A program made the translations under genes and the position numbers. 64,000 nucleotides of DNA from Mobula hypostoma. Lineage: Eukaryota. The stretch lies in assembly GCF_963921235.1 (NCBI RefSeq), contig NC_086097.1, positions 129,148,001 to 129,212,000 of the forward strand. Reading direction: 5' to 3'. Below are positions 48,309-59,547 of this stretch, in pieces; position 1 is the stretch's first letter, and each line of letters begins with the position of its first letter. A model generated the notes under the pieces. It saw only the letters and a program-made list of their open reading frames with translations. It was not told the origin of the DNA and made no database searches.

Positions 48309-51300
48309 ATGAATAGGAAAGGCTTAGCAGGCAACTGGGACTAGCTTAAATTGGCATCTTGGTCATCGTGGATAAGATGGGCTGAAGATGTTGTACTCTC
48401 TGACTTTATGCTCTTTAGATAATTCCTTCACTCCACTGTGAACAGACTGGAGAAAATTGTTGTCATGTATTCCCATTCTGCTCATTCCATCTGGGGGCAA
48501 TTCCTAAAACACTCTTTCAAGTCTAATGTTAAGTGTAACTCTAATCACAGAGAGGAGAAAAGGAACTGGAAAGCTCATCAGTAATTAGTCCAAACAGTAA
48601 TGCAGTGAAAGAAAAAGGGATGAGTTAATATTCTAGGTGTGATTGTTGTATCTGAGCACATTATATCCCACAAGCGTCCTTTGTACTTGGTTGTCAATCG
48701 AGCACATTTATCAATGCACAGCATCAAACTGTTCTGTGTATACATACCCTCACGTATTTGTTGCTTATCATTGAATGATTAAGGCAAAAAAATCTGATCA
48801 ACTCATGTTTTACCCAGTCACTTAAGAATACAGAGCCCACAAGGAATAAATTGTTGGCTCATCAAGTGATTCACAGAAAGAGACATTCCACTGTAGGATT
48901 TCAATGCAGAGTGGAAATTATAGAAAGTACTTTCACTGAAGTCTGATGAGATATCATGTTCCTTTGCAACAGTGAAAGTGCTCCAAAAAACAATTAATTC
49001 ATCGTGCAAAGTGCTTTGAGGTGTTGTCTCTAAACACAATCAAGAATAATTTTATTTCCTTCACAGATAAAATGTTCGAATTTTAAAGCAAATAATTGTC
49101 ATGATCATTTAGAATTTTCTACAATAGCTATCATTAGTACTGCATGCCTAATAGTCATTATACATAAGCATATGGCACAAATATCATTTATTTCAAATGG
49201 AGACTTGAATTTTCATCATCAATCACCCACTGGTTGCTAATTTGGACAAGCAATGCTGTTTTTCTACCATGCCTAATATGGTTATATCAGGATATCAGCT
49301 TAGAGAGAAAGTTATGGAGAATCCAGGATTTATGCACCAAGCAAATAAATATATTAAACTTGCAGCCAGTATTAAAATTACAAATAAAAACAGGGAGCAT
49401 TAAATGGCTCTAGTAACAGACAAGTTTTAATTGCGAATATGTGTTTCAGTTACAGTGCAGCATTTGAAAATAAAATTTGGTGAATACTTGCTTGGTAGCA
49501 AAAATTTCATTTATAACCAGTGACAAGTAGAATCTATATAGTTTTTAAAATAACGTGATTGTTGTCAAAAAGAATTTGGAGACAACAATGGCATGTTCAG
49601 TTCTGGTTCCACTCAAAGCAGTGGCTGAGGGCTTTGGGAAAGTTGCTTGGAGGCTGGTGGGCACAGACCAGTAAGGAAGTGAGTTTTGCATACTGTACGG
49701 ATCAACGCTCAGTTCAAGGTAGTCACATTGAATCTGCAATCAACCAATTGTGCTTCATGAAACCGTCAGCCCTAATTTGTGTCTGTTTGCGCCTGCCTTG
49801 TTGTAAACAAGCTCTGCTTTAAGCTGTCCACACTGCCCTTATCTCCTTACAAAGATCACACAGACAGACCCTATCAACAGCTTAGGAGCAAAACACAAAG
49901 TTACTGTTTCCCGACAGCAGTCCATGTGCAAATTATATGTCAAAGAGAAGAGTAAGTTCACAGTGACATAAAAAATTAGTTCATTTGAGCCGTCCACATT
50001 TTGGCTCCTGACCCAGCCTGGTAAGCGTCACCTCATTAATGTTAAGATGCTTAATTGTTTCGAGAAGTCAAGGCACAAGATGATTTTCGTCATTCTGGAG
50101 GGTAAACTGGGAAGAGAAGGCCCATGGCTCAGTGTCCTATTTCCACACCAACTGGGTGTTACCCTCCTCTCTAGTTTTGGACCGCAGTGAAACACAGCGG
50201 CTCAATTCACACCAGTGCTAGAAGCTGTTTCGGTTGGCCCCACACACATTTCACATTTTGCTAGCCATCCCTCCCTGGCCCCACCTCTCATGAAATTCCT
50301 TCCCCTTGCAAGGTGTCTCATTAATATGGCAAAACCCCACAAACAGCATTGAAATATTCCAAAGATATCAAAGGGGGTGTGGGGGGGAGCGGTTTAGTCA
50401 GCACGGTAGTGCATGAAACACCGGGCTTCTTCTAAATCAGCTCCAGGGTGAAACAAAGATGCAAAAAATTATGCACAGCAGTATCCACGCAGCACCTGGA
50501 GACTGCCCTGCCATTCAACATAATCACGGCTGTTCGGCCCCAATCCTCTTCTGTGCCACATCCCCGTGGTCCTCAATTCCTTGATGCTCCAAAAAAATTA
50601 TCAGAGGCACCTAGGGATGTACGTGGTTGTTGAAAGTAGTGTCACAGGTAAACAGGGTGGTGATTAACGGTTTTTGTACATTGGCCTTCATCAATCAGGG
50701 CACTGGGTCCAGAAGTTAGGATGTTATGTTACAGGCGTACAAGTCATTAGTGAGTACTGTGTTCAGTTTTGATCATCCTGCCAAAGGTGCCATTAACCTA
50801 GAAAGAGTCAATCTCATCCCACTTTTTTGTTGCACTCTTCCAAGAGCATTTGCATGTTGATCCCACTGCCACACCCTTACAGGTGCATGCCACCATTCCA
50901 CATACTGTATCATACTCATGTTACTGTCATGAGGCGTCAACTCCTGAACTCCAGAAGGCCAAAAACTTCACAGAGTTCCTCCAGTTAATGGTTACAGTAA
51001 GTAAACTATCTGTTTCAAACTGCTTCCAAGTCGTCAACCTACACCAATCAACTGGCTACTTGTAGGCACCTGGAGTCAGAGAGCAATGCAGTGCGGAAAC
51101 AGGCAGAGACAGCCAAGTTACAGCTGTACAAGATGCTGGTGAGACCTCACCTGGAGTACTCTGCAGTTCTGGTCACTGTGCAATAGGAAGGATATGATCA
51201 AACTATAGAGAGGGCGCAGGAAAGATTCATAAGGATGTTTCTGGGACTGGAGGGCTTGAGCTATGAGGATAGGACTAGCTCAGGTCACGAAGTGAAGCAA

Positions 51301-54300
51301 TTTCATGGAAGGTGTGGCCACGGAGGGATGCCTTGCAATATGCAAGACATGTGAAAGCCAACTGAAACAAGGGCAAGGCTAGTGTGAATCATGCCACTGA
51401 GTCTAACTCATCCCTCCCTGAGCTACCTGCCAGTTTGGCCCTTAACCCTCTAAACCTTTTCTATTTAAGCATCCATCTAGGTGCATTTTCTACACTGTAA
51501 TTGTACCTGCCTCTAACATTTCCTCTGGCAGCTTGTCCCATACAACCACTATCCCCTGTGTGGAAAAACTTGCCTCTCAGACCGTCTTTATACCTTCAAA
51601 GTCAAGTTTATTGTCATTTGTATAAAGATGTATGCATGGATGCAATGAAAAATTATCTGCAGCAGCATCACAGGCACGCAGCATGATAGCATTCCCTCTC
51701 ATCTTAAATCTACACTCTCTAATTTCAGACTCCCCTACCCTGGGGGGAAAAAAGACTATGACTATCCACCCTATTCATGCCTTTCATGACTTTATAAACC
51801 TCTTTAAGGTCACTCTCCCCCCACCCCCCAGCCTCCTTTGCTCCAGGAAAAACATTGCCTGCCTATCCAGTCTCATCCTCATAACTCAAGCCCTCCAGTC
51901 CCAACAATGTCCCTGCAATGTCCTTGTCAATATTTGCTGCACCCTCTCCAGATAATCATACCCTTCCCATAATGTGACCAGAACTTGTACGCAGCAAACC
52001 AATCAAATTTGAAAAGAAAACAATGGCTGTATATGCAGTCACTGTTAGCATCCACTGTGAACATAGAACAGGATAGTACCACACTTGAGCAAGCTCGTCA
52101 CCCACAATGTCTATGTCAAATACTATGCTAACTTAAACTGTCTCTTCTTCCCTTTATCCCCAACATATCCATGTGTTTATCTAAAAGCCACTTAAATGCC
52201 ACTAACCCTGCCTGTGCGTTCCAAGCATCTACCTCAGTGTTAAAAAATTTTACTCCACAAATCTCCTACAAACTACAACTCTTCCCCTCCAGCCTTAAAG
52301 CTTTGTCCTCTAGTATTCAACATGATATTCTGGTATCAAAGTCAAGGTCAAGATTATTGTCATATGCACAGGTACAATTTGCAATGGAAAATGTACTTGC
52401 AGCAACATCATGGACACATACTGTTGCATCATATAAACAGCATTCACAAGAAAAATAAAAAATGACCATAAATTATATACAATTTTTACATGAAAACACA
52501 ATTAGAACAAAGGAAAACTAAGTCCATTTTAGTGGTACGTGGTCAAAGTGGCAATGCTCCAGCTACCCAATTTATAGCCCAGAAATCTCCCCCTGGGAGC
52601 CTTAAACTACTTCACAGATAGTGAAAGCTGTCTTGATAAATTTAAGGCCCTTCACCTGAAATAGTGAGCCTTATCTCACTAAACATGAACCTCGTCGCAC
52701 CAAATTTGCCATTGTGAGGCCCAGTGTCACTAAAAGTCAGCCATCATAGACTGGTCATAATGCATATCAAAATGTATCTCTTCGTCATCTAACTGTGGGG
52801 CCTACTTCATAAAATGTGAGTTCTATCTCGCTAAGTTCAAGACCAATCAAACACAAATTTTGTTGGAATCCACATCAACAATTACCAGCCCATCACTCGA
52901 AAAGCAAGCCTTACTTTACTAGTTGAAATGCTCATCTAAATGGAAGGCTCAACTCTCTTATTCACAAATGACATGCAACCTCCACACAAGCAGAGGTCAG
53001 GATTGAAGCCAGGTCTCATGCACTGTGAGGCAGTGGCTCAACCAGCACAGTGACTGGTTCTATTCTACATCAGTCACTGGGAAACTGCTGGAATATATAG
53101 TATAATGGAAGAGCTAATAGCAAAATACCTTGCAAAGAGCAAAATCACTCAACCGAACTCACTGAAGTTGGGAAAGAGGGAAACGATAAAGATAGCCAGT
53201 TGACATACTGCATTTGGATTTCCATAAGTCCCATATAGAAGGTTAGTCAGCACACTGGCATGGAACAAGAATTGGTTATTGGACATACAGCCAAAGGAGG
53301 GAGTAAATGCATCTTTCTCCAGTAGGTAGGCTGCAAATGGTGCTTCAGGAATGAGTGCTTAGTCCCTGCTACTCGCAATCTATATCAAAATTTTTTAGTA
53401 TTTTATGCTTCTGCTTCAAGCCATTGGGGTCAACTATGTGAGGGGATTTTCTGTTAGGATAGGGTAATGCCAAGTTGAGTTTATGTCTGCAATTAGCTTT
53501 AAATGTGTAAGCAATTTACTGACAGTGCTCAATCCTGTATGTACATGTCTTCACATCTCCTCATGTCTTAAAATTGGTAGCAGGATTATAATGCAGGTTG
53601 AATCTCTCACAACCAGCACCCTTGAGTCTTAACCAAAGCCAGACCACAGAAATTCCCCCCTATCATCTTCGTCTGAGCAGAATTGCTCTTTTTCAGTATG
53701 GTGGTTCAGTCCTGTGAAGTGATGGAAGCATCAATAACCCAAAATTTTCATAAGTTGGTGAGGCAAAAAACTTGCAGAAGTAGGATAACTAGTGATAGGT
53801 TAGTACAGACTTGAGTTCACTCTTAGTGAGAATTAGTTAATTAGTACAGATCTGTACTATTCATTCAAAACATGCCAGACCTAATGCTTGAATGGATCTC
53901 TTGTAAGATAAAGATGAACTCTTGATCTCCCAATCTACCTCATCATAAGGTTTGAACTTGATATGTCTACCTGTGCTGCACTTTCTCTGTAAATGTAACA
54001 ATACATTTCTGGAACTCAGCAGGCCAGGTAGCATCCATGGAAAGAAGAATAAACAGTCGACGTTTCAGGCCGAGACCCTTCATCACTCAGCAGGCCAGGC
54101 ATCATCTATGAAAAAGAGTTCCTCCAGCATTTTGTGTGTGTGTTGCTTGGATTTCCAGCATCTGCAGATTTTCTCTTATTTGTGATTCTGCATTCTGTTT
54201 TGTTTTCCTTTTATATTATTTCGATGCAGTTGTGTGTGGAATGATCTGTCTGGATGGCATGCAAACAAAACCTTTACACTGTATCTTAGTACATGTGACA

Positions 54301-56806
54301 ATAATAAACCAATTACCAATTCAACCTGCATCAAACTTGATGAATAAAGCACTCATTTTGGGCGTAATTGCAAGTCAGTGACTTATTTTCAGATAGTCTC
54401 TCCACTATGTTTGTGAGGCTAAGCTAATTAGTGGGTAACTACAATGGGAGTATAAGAAATTTCTTCTGAAAGTCATTTGTTAAGTTCATATTTCATACTA
54501 AGACAGTGGAAACACAGCACCACCTTCATTGTTAAGTGCCAGTGAAATCATGTTTATTTTCATGATCTATAATTAGCACAGTTTCTTCTTCTACAAGCCC
54601 TTCCAAGGTAAGCAGGTGCAGAAGCTGAGCTTAAGGTTATATTACGTCAGAGGGTTCACTAAACCTTCATTCTGGTGCAGCTCTCAGATGTCACCGCTCT
54701 TCCTCATAAAACATGGAGAAGTGAAGAATCAAGGCTCAGTGGCCTTCCAAGAGAGAGACAGCATTAAGCACAGAGCACCTGGTGAAGAGGCTGGAATGAG
54801 ACTTTGCTTAGAAGACAAACACAAATCTGCCAATTTAGTGAGGTGGAAATTTAACTTTGCAAGACTATAAACATCTGAAAAAGCTCCTCAGATTCAATTG
54901 TACAACTGTGAAGGAATGCTGAGGTCGTGGATTAGAAAATGAGGGAGCTTCATAAACATGTACAATGATCCATCACAGAAGTAATTCTGACTGACTGCAA
55001 CAGCACTTCATTTACATACCCCTTTAGGTACAGTAAGTACACTATGTTAAGTGCTGGCCTATGTATGTTTTGATATCAGCTCTTCTTGCTCTGACACTAA
55101 TGCTTGGAACCATCTCCTCCATTGGTGTGAAGAATTAGTTTGCTTAGAATTAGAAGACCTCTGTCTACGTGACGAAAACCAGCATACAAATAGTGCTTGT
55201 GCTGAGCACCTATTTCCTACCAGTCCTCTAACTTGATATAAAAATGTTCTGGAAAAACTTTCACAGTCTCGCCCAAAAACTCTGTTTCTCTTTCCACAGA
55301 TATACCCGGCCCACTGAGCATTTCCATAAGCAGACAGGATAAGGATTAAAATGGCTGAAGGGATATCAGTGAAACGGGTGGGCTTTCACAATAACCTCAA
55401 AGCTTTGGGCCACTATTGCTGATTCTTGCTTACTTAGTTATTCCAAATTTAATTAATTATTGAATTTAAATGCCCATCTGACCACTGTGTGGTTCGGCTT
55501 CATGCCTGCAGATCTATAGTCCGGTCCTAGGTACATTCTCAAGAACATAACTCTAGAAATATCATATACACTGCAGTGAGCATTTAGTTAATGAAGATAA
55601 AGATCAGATGCTGGAGCAAGAAACCGTCTGCTGAAGGAATTTGATGAGTTGAGCCAGCATCTGTGAAGAGGACTGGAACTGTCAACTGATGCAGTTTCAA
55701 CACAAGACATCAACAATTCCTGCTCCCTTGTTCCAAGTCAATGCCAAATGCCACAAGAGATTGCCTGTCAACTTGCTTCACTTACCTGCTCTCCCCAATG
55801 TCCCTGCCCTTCACCAGATATTGCACAAACCCCCATTTCAATGGAGACCACGCCCAAGGTGTAACACAGGAATCTTTCCAAACCAATGTCTTCACTCAGT
55901 GCGCCCCTCAGCTGAAACATGCAGGATTTTGACCCAAAATGTCAGCAATTCCACAGATGCTGCCTGACCCTCTTGAGTTCCTCCAGCAAGTTTCTTTGAT
56001 GAATTGGTGTGAGGTTGTTCATACAGATAAAACAGTTCCTAGGCTGAGGCTGCAAAGGTACCCATACCTCTTTTTCACAGCCAAAGTAACTTCAGTTCCA
56101 CTTAAGGCACAAGAGACTGCAGAGTTTGAAGCAACAAATAAAAAGCTGGAGAAACTCAGCATGTTAGACAGCATCACTGACCTTCTGAGGTGTTTCATCC
56201 TAAAACGTCAACAACTCCTTTCCTCCCGCAGATGCTACTTGACCTGCTGAGTCCCACCAGCAGAATATTTGTTTTTCAGTTCCAGTTGACTTGTAGTCAA
56301 TTTGAAGCCATTACCTTTAATCAATTGCATTAAGGAATGACAGGATAATTGTGGGGGAGTTCAGGTTTCTATTGGTCCAGTTGGCATGCTCAGTTCATTG
56401 CCAGTAGCATAATTCAGCTTCACAGCTCCAGTGACCCAGGTTAAATCGTACTCTATGTACTGTGTGCATTTTGCACATTCGCCCAGTGACCTCAGTAACT
56501 TTCTCCAGGTGCTCCAGCTTCCTCCAACATCCTAAAGACATGCTGGTTGGGAGGTTAATTGGCCACCTTAACTTACCACCTGGGGTAGATGAGTGATAGA
56601 AAAATCAACAAGATTTAATGTTCAAACAAGAATCACACAAGAATAAATAGGTTCAGGGAATGGCCTGACCATAGACCATCGACCTGAAGGGCTTGCAGGC
56701 CTCTTTCTAAGTCAGAAGTAAATATTATCAGGTAACTACCTAAGCTCATGCACAAAGCAACACACCAGCAATCTCAATGTTACCGATTCCTCCTCCCAGC
56801 ACAGAG

Positions 56807-56942
56807 AATTCTTCAGTCACAATGCATTAACAACTTCCTTTTATATATTGTAATTCTTGAATCACAATGCACCAAGTATTTCCTTTTATATAATGTAATT
56901 CTTGGGTCACAATGCATCAAAAATTTCCTTCTATTTATTGTA
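56807..56942. repeat. Three tandem copies of a 45-bp unit
   Basis: Units start at 56807, 56852 and 56897: AATTCTTnnnTCACAATGCA...TTCCTTT..TAT...TGT. Confidence 0.92.
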
Positions 56943-58762
56943 CTCCTCTGAAAATAAAATAGTCCCATCTCAAACCAAACTTGGCATAAAGCTCAGCAAG
57001 GAAATATCTGTGATCACAGTTTAGTCAAAATGATATTAAGAAACTGCCTTGAGTAAGAGAGAGGATTTTTGAAGGACTTCCAGAGCTTAGGGTCAAAGCA
57101 GTTAAGGCAAGATGGAGCAATTCAAATCAGGGATGAGAGGTATGGAGGTTTGGATGATTAGCCGGAGTTACAGGGAAGGGCATTTTTTACAGAGACATAG
57201 TTAGCCATGGATACAGAATCAGAATAGAATCAGGTTTATTGTCACCAGCACGTGTTGTGAAATTTGTTAACTTTGCAGCATTAATTCAATGCCATACATA
57301 ATAGAGAAGAAGAGAAAACATAACAAAATAATAAATAAATCAATTACAGTATATTTATTTATATATATATATACATAGATAGAATAGATTAAAAATAGTG
57401 CGAAAAAAACAGAAATAATATATATTAAAAAAGTGAGGTAGTATTCACGGGTTCAATGTCCATTTAGGAATTGGATGGCAGAGGGGGAAAAGCTGTTCCT
57501 GAATCGTTGAGTGTGTACCTTCAGGCTTCGGTACCTCCTACCTGATGGTAACAGTGAGAAAAGGGCATGCCCTAGGTGCCGAAGGTCCTTAATAATGGAC
57601 GTTGCCTTTCTGAGACACTGCTCCTTGAAGATGTCCTGGGTACTTTGTAGGCTAGTACCCAAGATGGAGCCAACTACATCAGCCATTCTCAATGGGGGCC
57701 ATGGCCTATTTGAAGTGGACCACCGACTGAAAACTGTGAGAAGGGGAGCCCCAAAGTTTTATGGGGGCCCTGGTAACTGAACTGATGAAATACTCAAGCA
57801 GCAACCTTCATTGGAGTCAATAGATTCCCTCCTATTTATAATATCTTTCCAACACACCATTTGAATTTGGCACACCTGGTAGATTCATTGTTTAAGCTCC
57901 TCCCACTCACTTCAGAGTCAGTCGCGAATCTGACTGCACCGTGACAACATATTCAATCAAGGGTTCTTGCATCCATTATCGCCATACTTCATTCTCTGAA
58001 GATCAGCTAGACCTTTTTCAGCCTAGTAACTTTAAAGTATATGTGTTTGGATATACTATAGGTTAAGGAAGGTTGTGAAAAGTGTTTATTACAGCATATG
58101 AGGTTACTGAAAAAAAAATCCCTGGCTCCAGGTGACAGCATTTTCTGTCAGTAATGTATCTGTATTTCGCGTGCTTATTATTTTCAGAAATAATTCTACC
58201 CTTGAGTTCCTTAGCGAAAAAAAGTGTCGGCAGTATTCAGTGGAATACTTATTGTATGGTTTCATCACCATCTCCGCAAAATCCATCTTTGCCCATGTGT
58301 TTGAACTGCATGACCACGTTGTCAAATAAAAGCATGAGGCCAAGTAAATTGAAAAAACATTTGGATACCTCACATCCAGAGGGGAAGGATAAACACTTAC
58401 ATTTCTTCAAAAACCTTCAAGATAATTTTGAGAGAAGGCCAACACTGAAACAAATGCTTACTCAAATGTCACAGAGATTAGAGAAGGGTCTTGTTGCATC
58501 ATACAAAATTAGTAAACTGATTGCTAAAACTGGAAATGCTCACAAGATTGGTGAGTCGCTTATCCAGCCTTCAGCGTCCATAATAATATCTGATGTCATG
58601 AATTTGAGTGCCAAAGAAACAACTCAGGCAATTCCTTTGAGTAATTCTACAGTTGCCAGAAGAATTGATGAGATGGCACGGGACATTGAAGAGGATTGGT
58701 CAGTTCGTTACAATCCAAGAAATTCTCTTTACAATTAGACGAAACTACTTTATAAGATAACG

Positions 58763-59547
58763 TTATAATTCAGGGCCCCAAACAATCCTTCCAGGTGAGG
58801 CATCACTTCACCTGTGAGTCGACTGGGGTGATATACAGCGTCCGGTGCTCCCGATGTGGCCTTTTATATATTGGTGAGACCCGACGCAGACTGGGAGACT
58901 GCTTTGCTGAACATCTACGCTCTGTCCGCCAGAGAAAGCAGGATCTCCCAGTGGCCACACATTTTAATTCCACATCCCATTCCCATTCTGACATGTCTAT
59001 CCACGGCCTCCTCTACTGTAAAGATGAAGCCACACTCAGGTTGGAGGAACAACACCTTATATTCCGTCTGGGTAGCCTCCAACCTGATGGCATGAACATT
59101 GACTTCTCTAACTTCCGCTAGGCCCCACCTCCCCCTCGTACCCCAGCTGTTACTCCTTTTTATGCACACATTCTTTCTCTCACTCTCCTTTTTCTCCCTC
59201 TGTCCCTCTGAATATACCTCTTGCCCATCCTCTGGGTCACCGCCCCCCCATCTTTCTCCCTAGGCCTCCTGTCCCTTGATCCTCTCGTATCCCCTTTTGC
59301 CTATCACCTGTCCAGCTCTCGGCTCTATCGCTCCCCCTCCTGTCTTCTCCTATCATTTTGCATCTCCCCCTCCCCCTCCAGCTTTCAAATCCCTTACTCA
59401 CTCTTCCTTCAGTTAGTCCTGACGAAGGGTCTCGGCCTGAAACGTCGACTGCGCCTCTTCCTATAGATGCTGCTTGGCCTGCTGCGTTCACCAGCAACTT
59501 TGATGTATGTTGCTTGAATTTCCAGCATCTGCAGAATTCCTGTTGTT
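58763..59547 (+). mobile_element. 5'-truncated Penelope-like element (open GIY-YIG coding segment plus terminal repeat) inserted in the transposase
   Basis: GVIYSVRCSRCGLLYIGETRRRLGDCFAEH...LEEQHLIFRLGSLQPDGMN; flanked by the direct repeat TTTATAAGATAACG (58749-58762 and 59548-59561). Confidence 0.96.
59415..59450 (+). ncRNA. Minimal type I hammerhead ribozyme in the Penelope terminal repeat
   Basis: AGTC-CTGACGA-AGGGTCTCGGCCT-GAAAC-GTC^GACT: stem I AGTC/GACT, CUGAnGA box, stem II hairpin, GAAA box, palindromic ACGT stem III and GUC cleavage triplet. Confidence 0.85.

Noticed and set aside
48818..49039. Minus-strand ORF as an additional exon
   Set aside because: Weak donor, end phase incompatible with the next exon, and no OFCC1 similarity.
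53842..53859. Perfect 18-bp palindrome TAGTACAGATCTGTACTA
   Set aside because: Isolated and within probable repeat debris; no functional context.
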